From: the human T2T-CHM13v2.0 reference genome, Homo sapiens | Reading direction: 5' to 3' (one strand) | NCBI RefSeq assembly: GCF_009914755.1 | Contig: NC_060935.1 | Length of the DNA stretch: 64,000 bases | Shown: piece by piece, positions 39,269 to 54,396 of the stretch | Position numbering within the stretch: the stretch's first letter is position 1 | Layout of the letters: each line of letters begins with the position of its first letter | Program-made: the position numbers and the translations under genes | The notes under the pieces: generated by a model | Databases searched by the model: none | What the model was told of the DNA's origin: nothing | Seen by the model: the letters and a program-made list of their open reading frames with translations, nothing else

Positions 39269-42200
39269 CCTGGTAGCCTATCTGCCTGATTGTCTACCTT
39301 TTCTCTGTTATACATTTTTATTTTTGAGGCTACTTGCAAATTGAGCCTTGTCAATACCAGGTCCTCTAACAGTCAAAATAATTTTTTACAATGGCATGTT
39401 CTAGGCAATGATGGGATATTGGTGGAGATGGGGTAGAATAGTCTATGTCTCATAGCTGCAAAAGAGCAGTAGGAATAAATAGAAGAGAAGGGTCAGCCCC
39501 ACTCAGCAAATCATGTTTGAAGGCCAGTACTTCTTCAGCATTGGCTCATCATATTTTGGGATTGTCCAGCTTTTAACTTATGCCTTCACTGGATGAGTTT
39601 TTATCTAAAATGATAATTGACTTTAGCTACTCATTCTGAGATACTAAAATCAATGAAGGGGTTAAATATATCTTAATGCACTTAACTTCTAAGGGTGCAA
39701 AAGTAAAAACTAAAAAAAACTATTGTAAAATGAAATATAATTAAGTGATATGAAAGTAAATGGAATACAACAAAGGCCTTGCTAGTTATTCTTCCCTGCA
39801 AATGACATGCTCTTATATATACATTTCTCTCTGTTTTTGGACTTATCTCTGGAGTAGGAGCAGGGACTGTGCTCCTTTGAATTACCCACAGAACAGGTTG
39901 AGTACCTTCAACATGTTGCTGGCCAGTCAGCTAAGCTATGCAGTTTTTCAAAGGGAAGAAGTTGTACAAGATAAGGCCCAAGCAACAAGTTGTATCATGC
40001 ACATAACCACTGCTGGTAGCTTTATAGAGAATGCTGTTGACCTCTGATCAGGCCTGGGTCAGAGTCTAACCTCTGTGTCCTCTGGTCAATAGATTCAGCC
40101 CCTGTTCTTATCCAGAGTGGCACATACAGTAAACATCATTCCATTTACTTGTAAACTTGACAAATGGTGTGCAGCGAATTTAGCTTCCAAATGTATTTGG
40201 TTTCATGTTAAAGATATAAAATATATTATTGAAAATTGGGATTTTCTGAATTCTGCTTTTCATTCTATTTCCATATTGCTGCTCTCTCTATCCCTTCAAT
40301 ATTCTACTTTTCCAACCCTTAGACATTGAAACTTACTATGGTTTTCCCTTTTCTTTCTCTAAAATTCCACCTTTTAAAGATAGTTCCTTTGCAACGAAGT
40401 AATTTCTGTCTAGTTTTGCTTTGTCTTAACATGCACTATGAAGAACTTGGAATCCTTGCCTCAGGCTCTAGTTTCTAGGGAGATTTACTATAAGAGTGCC
40501 TTTATGCAGTACATACACTATTCAACTATACAAGCAGGCTGTGGATGGGCCTCCCTTGCTTTCCTTTGTACAGCCTTCCACCTCTTCCCTCAACTTATTT
40601 TTCTAGAAATACTTCATTAGGTTTAGTCTATAATGTAATACTTTAGAGGTTGCAAAACTGTAGACTGATCATATGGTTAGTTATAGTTCCACTGGCCTTC
40701 TTTTCTCTCACTCTCTTCCCTGTTCCTGTTTTAATGCATTGGGCCTGCTAGTGGCAGCCTGTGGGCATTGCTCAGCCCAGCCAGGAGCCTACATGGGTAA
40801 GAGGGCTGCTAAATTTTCTTCTACTTTGTAATATAGTAACTGGCTGCACAGCTTGTTATCATGGAAAGAACAGAGAATCTGGATTCTTCTATGGTATTTG
40901 GCTTTTGATTTTCGCTTATTTTAGGTCATCTGTTCTAAACTTTCCCCTAATCTCCCCTGCCATCGATGCACTGCTGTCTACCTCTCTGCATGACATAAAT
41001 CCATTGCCAGTGGTGGCTACACTTTATTCTCCCCAAATCCCTCTCCTTGGCTATGGCCTCTGAAGACTTCAGAAGGCCATTCTTACCACTTGGTCCCATT
41101 AGGGGCCAGAAGAGGAAGTACTGGATTCTCCCCAGATTCCAGAAAGAAAATTCTTAGGGATAAGCCCTTACCTTATTGAGACCTTCAAGGGTCTCAGGCT
41201 GCTTAGGCTCAAAAGCCTTTGGACACTAAAACGAGTTAGTGCCATTCATATCTTACGTCCCTGTTCTTGTTGGGTCATTCCAAATGGAATCCCCCAAGTC
41301 ATCTATTACCTAGTGTTGTCAACCAGCTCAGCTCTTCTTGGTTCACATTCCTTATTCTGGGCATCTCTTTCTGGTATGCTTTGTTTTCAGAGACAGGATC
41401 TCACTATGTTGCCCAGGCTGGACTTGGATCCTCCTGCTTCAGCCTCCTGAGTAGCTGTCCAGCTTTTAGTATGCTTTCTAAAACTCTCTCATTTGATCAA
41501 TCTTTTGGCCTTTTCTATCTTCCCATACTGCCCCTCTAAGGATGCCATTTGCCTTATGGCCTTCTAAAATGAAGGATTTTTGACATCAATATATCCTTTA
41601 TCTTGCAGTTAGAAATAGTTAGAGGTTAAGAATTTTATGAGTTTCCTATAAGCCACTTTCAGACTTGTTTTTCTTTTCCTGAGACAAAGAAATATTTACA
41701 TTTATTGCCAACATTCCACTATAATGGCTCCCAATTAGGCCTTACAACCTTGAGTGTTCCTCCTTTCAGATCCCAAACTCTGGTTTCTTATTTTCTAAAC
41801 AGAACTCCCTGTTCTTTCTTCTTGCGGACTCACTATAGCTGGTGTTTTGTTTTGATTTGTTTGTTTTCCCTTTACTTCAATGCCCACAATACCTTGATTC
41901 AGTTTTCTCCTTGTCCGCCAGGGAGAATTATATATACAACTACTCACTCTTTCCCCACCTCTGCCCACAGCCCTTAGCCAAACACTCCAGTTAGTTACTC
42001 TCTAGCTGGCACTCTCAAAACACCTCTCTTTTTCCACCTGTTTCATAAAGATGGAAAAGCCCACATAAAACTGGACATTGATGCCATATGCATTCTTTTA
42101 TTGATGCCCTCAATGTCTTCAACAATCAATTTTATGTATCCTTGGAAAAACATCTTACCCATTTCAACAATAGCTCTTTCAAAACCATAGGCACTTGCTG

Positions 42201-42495
42201 TTGTTAAAATAAGTTATGATTCTAAGTGAAATATTCTATGAAATTACGATGAATATTTTCTGGGTAGCCAGAAAGAAAACAGAAGCTATACGAAATAATA
42301 TATGAAATATATTGAATATATAAGAAAATATAATGCATTGAATAATATAAGAAGCAGCAAAGAAACAATCAACAGCATAAAGAGACAACCTGTTGATTGG
42401 AGAAAATATTTGCAAATTACTAATGCAACAGCAAACGAATATCCAGAATACACAAGGAACTCAAATAACTCAACAGTATAAAAACAAATACTCCT

Positions 42496-43840
42496 GTGGA
42501 GAAATAGGAATGCTTTTACACTGTTTGTGGAAGTGTAAATTAGTCCAACCACTGTGGAAGACAGTGTGGAGATTCCTCAAGGATCTAGAACTAGAATTAC
42601 CATTTGACCCAGCAATCCCATTACTGGGTATACACCCAAAGGATTATAAATCATGCTACTATGAAGACGCATGCATGCGTATGTTTATTGCGGCACTATT
42701 CACAATAGCAAAGACTTGGAACCAACCCAAATGTCCATCAATGATAGACTGGATTAAGAAACTGTGGCACATATACACCATGGAATACTATGCAGCCATA
42801 AAAAATGATGAGTTCATGTCCTTTGTAGGGACATGGATGAAATTGGAAAACATCATTCTCAGTAAACTATCACAAGAACAAAAAACCAAACACCGCATAT
42901 TCTCACTCATAGGTGGGAATTGAACAATGAGATCACATGGACACAGGAAGGGGAATATCACATTCTGGGGACTGTTGTGGGGTGGGGGGAGTGGGGAGGG
43001 ATAGCATTGGGAGATATACCTAATGCTAGATGACGAGTTAGTGGGTGCAGTGCACCAGCATGGCACATGTATACATATGTAACTAACCTGCACAATGTGC
43101 ACATGTACCCTAAAACTTAAAAAAAAAATAGAGCACATTTGCAACACACTTTTGAATTAACCTGGGCAATTTCTCTAAAAATTAAAATTGTAGAAATCTC
43201 AAAATTGAATTTCTATTATATTGTATTAAGTTGGAAATCATATATTAAGCACTTATTTGAGTTATACTCATGATAAATCGTACCAAAGGGACTTACAATA
43301 AAGTTGTAAAATTGTGAAAAAAAAAAGAAACTGTGGCACATATACACCATGGAATACTATGCAGCCATAAAAAAGGATGAATTCATGATGTCCTTTGAAG
43401 GTACATGGATGAAGCTAGAAACCATCATTCTCAGCAAATTGTCACAAGGACAGAAAATCAAACACCACATGTTCTCACTCATAGGTGGGAATTGAACAAT
43501 GAGATCACTTGGACACAGGGCGGGGAACATTACACACCAGGGCCTGTTGGGGGGTGGGGGGCTGGGGGAGGGACAGCATTAGGAGAAATACCTAATGTAA
43601 ATGATGAGTTGATGGGTGCAGCAAACCAGCATGGCACATGTATACCTATGTATCAAACCTGCACATTGTGAATGTGTACCCTATAACTTAAAGTAAAAAA
43701 CAAACAAACAAACAAAAAACAAAAAACAAAAAAACAAAAACAAAAAAAAAGAAAACGAAAATAAAATCCAGTTTAATCCTTTCAAAAACATAAAGTAAAA
43801 TTTGTGGAGCAAGCATTAAAAACAACAACAACAACAACAA
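42496..43840 (+). mobile_element. L1PA6/7-like 3' fragment with A-rich tail and short 3' transduction, interrupted by a younger L1
   Basis: Older alleles (GAAGACAGTG, GTAAATGATGAGTTGATG, TATGTATCAAACC); TSD AAACAAATA(C/A)TCCTG at about 42482-42496 and 43841-43856. Confidence 0.8.
42806..43324 (+). mobile_element. Young L1PA2-like 3' end with ~190-bp 3' transduction
   Basis: GCTAGATGACGAGTTAGTG allele; A10 at 43119-43128; unique sequence 43129-43316; AATAAA 43297-43302; second A tail from 43317. Confidence 0.9.
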
Positions 43841-43948
43841 CAAACAAATAATCCTGCTAAAAATTGGGCAAAGGACATGAATAGACATTTCTCAAAAGAA
43901 GACACACAAATGACCAACAGGTATGTGAAAAAATGCTCAGCATCACTA

Positions 43949-44772
<824 letters not shown>

Positions 44773-45289
44773 AACGGTATGGCAATTTCTCAAACTAAAA
44801 ATAGAACTACTATGCAATCCAGAAATTATACTACTGTGTATCTATCCAAGGGAAAACAAATCAATATATCAAAGGGATACCCACATTCACATGTTTATCG
44901 CAGCACTATTCACAACAGCAAAGATATGGAATCAATGGACAAATGGATAAAGAAAATGTGGCATAGATACACCATGGAAAACTACTCATCCATAAAAAAG
45001 AATAAAATCCTGTAATTTTCACCAGTGTGGATGGAACTGGAGGTTACTATGTTCAGGGAAATAAGCAAAGTACAAAAAGACAAATACTGTATGTTCTCAC
45101 TTACAGGAGGGAGCTAAAAAACTTGATCTCATAGACATAGAGAACAGAGCAATAGATACCAGAGACAGGGGCGTGGGGGGGATTACATACAGTAACGTAC
45201 ACAGATGGCTTTAGTGCAATCCCTGATTCAGAAGTTAAAATGCCTAGCAGGAACTCAGTAATGGTTTCGTTGCCTTTATCTTTCACTTC

Positions 45290-45600
45290 CCCATATTAAA
45301 ATCCTAGACATTCTTCAAGGCTTAGCTCTAATATGACCTCTTCTTGGTTAAACATTTTCCTTTTTTCCTTTGCAGCCACTCAGTACAATGTACGTTCCTT
45401 TGTTTAGCCTTATTTTATTTTGCCTTGCATTGGAGTTATTTGTTCATATGTCTTGCTGCTTTCTAGTAGATTTTAAATTCTTCAAGGGCAGAGAGACCTG
45501 TCTCATTTATCTTTGCATTTTTCCTTCCTCCTGACAATACCCAGTGAGTGCCTGGCAAGTAGGAGGCACTCAACAATGTTTGTTAAAATAGAATGAAATA
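45290..45600 (+). mobile_element. L2 3' end
   Basis: GTGCCTGGCAAGTAGGAGGCACTCAACAATGTTTGTT...GAATGAA. Confidence 0.7.
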
Positions 45601-46212
45601 AAACCTAACAGATTTTACAAATTGAATGAACTTATCTGTTCCCAGACCCTCGAGAAATTTTTAGAAAAGGGAAAAATGAGATGGGCAGAATGCACCTGGT
45701 GTATGTTCTCTAAATCATTAGCAAGGTTAAAACTACAGACTCGTGTCATCTTGAAGCTTTGACAAGGAATATTTGCAGTTAACCAAGTGTTATAAGGAAG
45801 TCACTCCACATGGGTTTTGCACAGCTCTGTTAATAACAAAGATATGCCACAGAGATATTTGACATTTTTCTTTACAGAGCTCATTTCACATATGTATCTG
45901 GACTCAGAGCTTAACTTAGCTTGCATAATGCCTGTCAGAGGACAGAAAAAAGCTCTAACCTCAAAGTCTGAGAAGACAGTGAAGGAGAGAATGAAACATA
46001 CAAGGGCATTTTGACATGCATTGTCTCTTCACAGTTTTGACCACAAGGCTTAAAAATAATTGCAATGGCAAAGACTTCAATTTTTAGGAAAAAATAGAAG
46101 CAATGTTTTTTAATTGCTTGCTGTTCTTTTAAAAAAATCATAACTCAGGATACTATTTAATTGACATAGATTGTGGAATTATGGTGAGGATAACTTTCAA
46201 AATTAGGTTGTA

Positions 46213-47110
46213 AAATCAGCAAGAAAAAAACAAGCCCACAAAAAGTGGGCTAAGGACATGAGTAGACAATTCTCAAAAGAATATATACAAAGGGCCAACA
46301 AACATATGAAACAATGCTTAACATCACAAATGATCAGGGAAATGCAAATCGAAACCACAATACAATACCACCTTACTCCTGCAAGAATGGCCATAATCAA
46401 AAAATAAAAAATAGATGTTGCTGTGGGTGTGGTGAAAAGGGAATACTTTACACTGCTGGTGGGGATGTAAACTACTACAACCACTATGGAAAACAGTGTG
46501 GAAATTCCTTAAAAAACTAAAAATAGATCTACCATTTGATCCAGCAATCCTACTACTGGGTATCTACCCAGAAGAAAAGGAGTCATTATTCAAAAAAGAT
46601 ACTTGCACACACGTTTATAGCAGCACAATTTGCAATTGCAAAAATATGGAGCCAGCCCAAATGCCCATCAATGAGTGACTAAAGAAATGTCACTGCGTAT
46701 ACACACACACGCACATACACACACCATGGAATACTACTCAGCTATACAAAGGAATGAAATAATTCACAGCAACCTGGATGGAACTGGAGACCATTATTGT
46801 AAGTGAAGTAACTCAGGAGTGGAAAACCAAACATTGTATGTTCTCACTCCTAAGTGGGAGCTAAGCTATGAGGATGCAAAGGCATAAAAATGATAAAATG
46901 GATTCTGGGGACTCAGGGGAAAGAATGTAGGTAGGTGAGGGATAAAAGACTATATATAAGACTGCTTTTATAAGACTATGTAAAAGATTGCTCAGGTGAT
47001 GGGTGCACCAAAATCTCAGAAATCACCACTAAGGAACTTATTCATGTAACCAAACATCACCTATTTCCCAAAAACCTATTGAAATAAAAAAATTAAAAAA
47101 TAAAAAACAA
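46213..47110 (+). mobile_element. L1PB-type 3' fragment
   Basis: GGTGATGGGTGCACCAAAATCTCAGAAATCACCACTAA...CTATTGAAATAAAAAA. Confidence 0.85.
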
Positions 47111-47146
47111 AATTACCTTGTAAAGAAGAATGGTAAAATAAATTAA

Positions 47147-48225
<1,079 letters not shown>

Positions 48226-48459
48226 TATGAAACATTTAAAAATTATGTTTTTTGCAAGATATTTAGTACCTGAAAAAAGAACAGCAGGTTGCCAGAAAGG
48301 AGCAACTAAATTAAATATACATGTCTCAAAAGCTGTGTACGTTTATATACATAGAGAAAACCTAGAAATGAATATGTCAAAATATTAGTAATATGTGTTC
48401 AAGTTTTTGGCTAACAGCATTATGGATAATTTTGATTTTGGGGGGTGGTACTTAAAATG

Positions 48460-49348
48460 TATTTTATTTTTACTTTAAGTTCCGGGATACATGTGCAGAA
48501 TATACAGGTTTGCGACATAAATATACGTGTGCCATGGTGGTTTGCTGCACCTATCAACCCGTAATCTAGGTTTTTAGCCTGACATGCATTAGGTTTGTGT
48601 CCTAATGCTCTCCCTTCCCTTGCCCCCCACCGGCTGACAGGCCCTAGTATGTGTTGTTATTCCCTTCCCTGTGTCCACGTGTTCTCATTGTTCAGCTCCC
48701 ACTTATGAGTGAGAACACGCAGTATTTGGTTTTCCATTCCTGTGTTAGTTTGCTGAGAATGATGGTTTCCAGCTATATCCACGTCCCTGCAAAGGACATG
48801 CTCTCATTCTTTTTATGACTGAATAGTATTCCATGGTGTATATATGCCACATAATCTTTATCCAGTCTATCACTGATAGACATTTGCGTTGGTTCCAAGT
48901 CTTTGCTATTGTGAACAGTGCTGCAACATACATGTGCATGTGTCTTTATAGTAGAATGATTTACAATCCTTTGGGTTTATACCCAATAATGGGACTGCTG
49001 GATCAAATGGTATTTCTGGTTCTAGATCCTTGAGGAATTGCTACACTGTCTTCCATAATGGTTGAACTAATTTACACTCCCACTAACAGTGTAAAAGCGT
49101 TCCTATTTCTTCACAGCCTCGCCAGCATCTATTGTTTCCTGACTTTTTAATAATCACCATTCTGATTGGTGTGAGATGATACTGTGGTTTTGACTTGCAT
49201 TTCTCTAATGACCAAAGATGAGCTTCTTTTCATGTTTTTGGCTGCATAAATGTCATCTTTTGAGAAGCGTCTGTTTATATCCTTTGCCCAGTTTTTTATG
49301 TTTTTTTTTTCTTGTAAATTTGTTTAAGTTCCTTGTAGATTCTGGATA
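48460..49348 (-). mobile_element. L1PA7/8-like 5'-truncated element
   Basis: Antisense 3' UTR and ORF2 end; flanking repeat TGGATAATTTTGATTTTG at 48423-48440 and 49343-49360. Confidence 0.88.
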
Positions 49349-50784
49349 ATTTTGATTTTGTATATGTACTTCTGTGTGTCTTGCTTTAAATTCCTGTAAG
49401 ATTTCTTCTTAACTTTTCCCTTATTTCTGCCATAATAACAGAAGTCAGAAACAAAAGACATCTTACTTTGACTTAATGTAATAGCTAACATTTAGGTTCT
49501 TACTACCAGATACACTGATAAGTGTTTTTCATAAATGATCTCTATTATAAATAATAGGAGGATAACAATCCTCCTATTATTTATAGTCATTTACCAGATT
49601 TGGCAATCAAGACATGGAAAAGTTAAGACAACTGTTTATGGCAGCCCATGTAGTAAGGAGCAGAACTTGGATTTAACATCAGCTGACTTACTTCAGAGCT
49701 TGAGCTCGTTAACATTAAATTCTAGACAAATCCTAAAACACGGGGAAGGGAGGTCTACAGTTGACATGTGCTTGTATTGTTTTGGGAAAACAGTATTTCC
49801 AGGCCCAGCCTGTTGAGAGCAGTGAGGGAGATTAGGGGTTGATGTTAGAATGAAGGAAAGAGGATCTCTGACCTAAGTGGGGAGTAGTGTTCCTGGAAAG
49901 ACAAGCCCAAACTTCAACCTCTAGCTTCACCTAGAACAATCTCCCAATGTTTAAGGCCTGAATGGTTACAGAATTTGAAGGTCTTTGAGGGTTACTGACA
50001 GGACAGTGGCAGTCATCTGTTTTATTTAGCAGACATTAATTGAGAACATATCATGAGACAAGGCTCAGTTCCCATGGTTTTGAAGGCTGGATTGGAATGA
50101 TGAGAGGCCAGAGGCTGTTGTGACAAACTGAGCTAAGGTCCTGGAGCTTAGGGGAGAGCTCAGATCAGCTTAGCATACAAATTAGAATGACAACTGGCAT
50201 CTGTATGCAGCTTCCCTATTTGCCAAACTGGTTTCTTAAAGTGCTTTATTTTTACTGTTTCAACCACCTAAGAACCTTATAAAATAGAGACAAACAGCAT
50301 TTACCAAGGGCCCACTACATTCTAGGATCTATGGTAGAATTTTTGCCCACACTGGCTCTTCTAACCACTTTAAAAGCTCCTTTCAGGAGGTCTTCATTAC
50401 ATGTTAGGCAACTGAAGCTTAGAAGACTGAATTAATTTCTACATGGTCATATGTGAGTGGTATAGACTCCAGCCCTGACTCCATATGCAGAGATCTAACC
50501 ATTGCACCATGCACCATGCAGCTGAAGATGTTGGGATAGATGCATTTCTATAAGATAGATGTTCTTAACTTGGTGCCTCCTGTGGTTCTTTTTACACCTA
50601 GAAAAGGAGTTCCAACCCTAGCTACCTGGCGCACTCTCAGAAAATTTCTCCAATTCTAGCCATTATTCTCTATCTGGGTCAGAATCCATTCAATATACTT
50701 GTGGCCCCTGATTGTAGGTGTTATGCCTTGGATTTAATTTTTCTTCCATATTCAGCCTTCATTGATTCAGGGGTCAGCAGAGTT

Positions 50785-50975
50785 CAGTGCATGGGCTGCT
50801 GCTTGTTCTTATAAGTAAAATTTTATTAGAATACAACCATGTTCATCTGTTTACATAGATCTATGGGTGCTTTCTTTTACACTATAATGGCACTATAACA
50901 GTTGCAACAGAGAATAGTCTCTGCAAGGCCTGAAGTACTTATTATTTTACCCTTAAAAACATAAAGCTAACTGTT
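50785..50975. mobile_element. MER58-like hAT MITE
   Basis: TAAAATTTTATTAGAATACAACCATG...AGTTGCAACAGAGA. Confidence 0.6.
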
Positions 50976-51959
50976 AGATGCTTTGTCATACTGTCTACCT
51001 GGGCCTCATATTGCTGTTCCTCCTGAGTGCTGTTAAGCCAGCTCTGTTCACTCCCTGTCCCTACCTCATACTTTGTCTTAGAGGCAAATTTGAAAAGACA
51101 GAGGGTAAACCCTGGCCTTGGAAAATATCCACAATTACAAGAAAAGAGGGAAAACAGGACTGTCATAAAACAGGGTATCATAGCCTAATAGAAACCACTG
51201 GACAGATTTCAAAAAAGACAGGCATTTAATGGTGTCTAGAGTAGCAAAAAAAATTGAGAAAATGAGAAAAGATTACTGAATTTGACCATTAGCCAGTCAC
51301 TGGTGACCTTTGAATGTGTAGTATCAGTTGAGTGACAAGGGTGGAAACCAAATTTCAGGCAGTGAAGAAGATAATGACTTGGATTTCCAAAATGGACTTA
51401 GCATTGCTGGCTAAGGAGGTTAGCACTTCCTGCCTCCCTAATTTCTCATGGGCAATTTCGTGATTCTGTTTCCATATTTAACCTCTCTACACATTAAGAA
51501 GAGCTAGTTACACTTGTCATTTGTAATCAAGCAGCTGTTACATCTGGACGATCTCTTGACAGTCACAATCCTACACGCTTACACAGTATCTCTAATTGAG
51601 TGTTTGGTTTCTCTTAATTTTTCTTTTCCTTTTTTAGGCTATATATACGTATATCTTTTGCCCCAGTCTGTGCTGTTTAAATCTCTGATAGTGGAAGCCA
51701 TGAAATGTTAATGAGGCCACATCTTTTATGGTGGACAGATAGATCAATAGCTTTCAGGTATTAATGAGATGTCCTCAAAATTTATGTCCATTGTTAGAAA
51801 GCTGATGGCTCCCTGATGGACTGTCAGACCTTGCTTAAATGGACAACCAAAGGCATTTTCCAGCCTTGCATAAATTTGAATTTTCATGCTTGGATATTCA
51901 GTAAAGGTACTAAAAATTCAAGCTATCTCAGTCATGAACTTCTTCCCCACCTTCAAACT

Positions 51960-53110
51960 TTCATGTCTCTAACCTCAAAGAGAATTGTTCCTCTTCCTTC
52001 CCAAGGTTAACTTCTCCAACTGTGCTTTTGATCCTAATTCCCATCACCTCCTCAGGCATTCATCCATCATTTATCTTTCTGATATTTTTAACTTCTCTTT
52101 CACATCTTCCTCTCTTCAATTTACAAATATATTTAAGTTTCTCTCCTCCTAAGAAAACTTTCTCACTTGATCCTGCTTTTCTCTCAAGTCACTGCCCTTT
52201 ATTGTTGCATTCACACACCCATCCCATTTTACTGTAAAACTTTTTGAAAGAGAATGCTACACTGGATGTATTATTTCCTCACCATTTTTCTCTCCTTTAT
52301 AGAAGTTTGGCTCAAGTCCCATCTTGCTGTTGCAAATATTCTGCAAGAGTCACCAATGATCTCTCACTACCAAATTCTCTGACCTCTTCTTAGTCCTCTC
52401 TTACTTGACCCCTCAAGCCTTCTGGTCCCTTTCCTGACACTCTATTGTGTCCTGGGAATCAAATGTTCTCTGGTTCTTCTTCCTCTCTGATCACTTGCTT
52501 CTGACTCATCTTTTACGGATTCCTATTTCTCTGTGTATTCCTCAAAGCGGCAGTATCTCAGATTTTTGTTCTAGGGTTTTCTTTTCTCTTTGACAAATTC
52601 TTCCTGGGACGCTTCATCCTTGTTAATAAATTCACCTACCTTCCAAACACTCAAATAACTCCCAAATCTGTACCTGTAGATTTGTCCTATCTCCTGAGCT
52701 CTAGACCAGTAGGACTTTCTGGTTCAAATAGAAATTTCTATAATGATGGAAGTTTTTTTTTTTTTTTTTTTTTTGCACTGTGCAATACAGTAGCCACTAG
52801 CCACCTGTAGCTACTGAGTATTTGAAATGTGGCTGTATACTGAACTAAATTTTTAGTTGTATTTGTTTAATTTAAACTTAAATTTAAATAGCTATGTGGC
52901 TAGTGACTGCTGAAGTAGGCAACAAAGCCTAAGACCCCCTGATTTAAATCCCCATTAGAGATCTGTTTTTAAATTTTCCTCTGAATGTATCCTAAACTTA
53001 TCAACCAATCTCCCAGATGTCTCCTTTTTCTATATTCCTCATTTCATTAAATAGCATCACCATCTTAATATTTATTTTAATGCCTAACCTCAGAGCCTTA
53101 TTGGACATTT
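51960..53110 (+). mobile_element. L2 fragment with nested MER3-like MITE (about 52720-52925, containing a long T run)
   Basis: L2 GTCACCAATGATCTC...TTACTTGACC; MER3 CAATACAGTAGCCACTAGCCAC...TTGAAATGTGGCT. Confidence 0.65.
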
Positions 53111-53165
53111 TTATTTTCCATAAATGAATATGCTTGGAATTTGCTATTTTAATGACATGACACAC

Positions 53166-53536
53166 TGTATTAGTCCATTTTCAAACTGCTATAAAGACAC
53201 TACCCGAGACTGGGTAATTTATAAAGGAAAGAGGTTTAATTGACTCACAGTTTTGCATGGCTGAGGAGGCCTCAGAAAACTTTCAATCATGGCAGAAGGT
53301 GAAGGGGAAGCAAGGCACATCTTACATGGTGTCAGGAGAGAGAGAAGAGTGAAGCGAGAACTGCCAAACACTTTTAAAACCATCAGCTCTCATGAGAACT
53401 CACTCACTGTCATGGGAGCAGCATGGGGAAAACCATCCCCATGATCCAGTCACCTCCCACCAGGTCCCTCCCTGGACACCTGGGGATTACAATTCAAGAT
53501 GAGGTTTGGGTGGAGACACAGAGCCAAACCATATCA
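53166..53536 (-). mobile_element. THE1D-like solo LTR
   Basis: TGTATTAGTCCATTTTCA...GAGACACAGAGCCAAACCATATCA. Confidence 0.9.
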
Positions 53537-54178
53537 TACCCCACTTTGTTATAAGGAATTCTCTATATCCAGGGAGATAACCTTGGTGCTGAATTGGAAA
53601 AGAATAGGATATTAAAACAAACCATTGAGAAATGTTGAGTTCCTTAGACTTTTCTGTTCTCTGGGCAAAGTCTATAATGTACTCCATTGTGTCTATGTAC
53701 CACATTTTTTTAAACCCATTCATCTGTTGATAGACACTTAGATTGCATCCTAATCTTGGTTATTGTGAATAATGCCACAGTGAAGTGCTATCTTTGTGAT
53801 ATACAAATTTCCTTTCTTTTGGGTATATACCTAGCAGTGAGATTGCTGGATAATATGGTGGCTCTATTTTTAGTTTGTTGAGGAATCTCCAAACTGTCCT
53901 TCATAGTGAATGTACTAATTTACACTCCTAACAATAGCATACAAGGGTTCCCTTTTCTCCACACTCTCACCAGCATTTGTTATTGCCTGTCTTTTGGATA
54001 AAAGCCAGTTTAACTGTGGTGAGATGATATCTCACTATAGTTTTGATTTGCATTTCTCCGATGATCAACGATGTTGAATACCTTTTCATATTTCTGTTTG
54101 CCATTTTGTGTCTTCTTTGGAATAATATTAAAATCTTTTGCCCATTGTTGATCAAATAATTAATTTTTTCCCCATAGA

Positions 54179-54396
54179 ATTAAACAATGAGAACACTTGG
54201 ACACAGGAAGGGGAACGTCACACACCGGAGTCTGTTGTGGGGTCGGGGGAGTGGGGAGGGATAGCATTAGGAGATATACCTAATGTAAATGATGAGTTAA
54301 TGGGTGCAACACACCAACATGGCACAGGTATACATATGTAACAAACCTGCACATTGTGCACATGTACCCTAGAACTTAAAGTATAATAAAAAAAAA
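54179..54396 (+). mobile_element. Short L1PA5-like 3' end
   Basis: 3' UTR plus poly(A); TSD AATTTTTT(C/T)CCCATAGA at 54162-54178 and 54397-54413. Confidence 0.9.

Noticed and set aside
42393-42923. 176-aa ORF as a gene
   Set aside because: Fortuitous in-frame join of three L1 pieces encoding only the ORF2 C-terminus; non-ATG start and no promoter evidence
46940-46990. Short imperfect ATAAGACT repeats in the L1PB 3' UTR
   Set aside because: Small local slippage with no further structure
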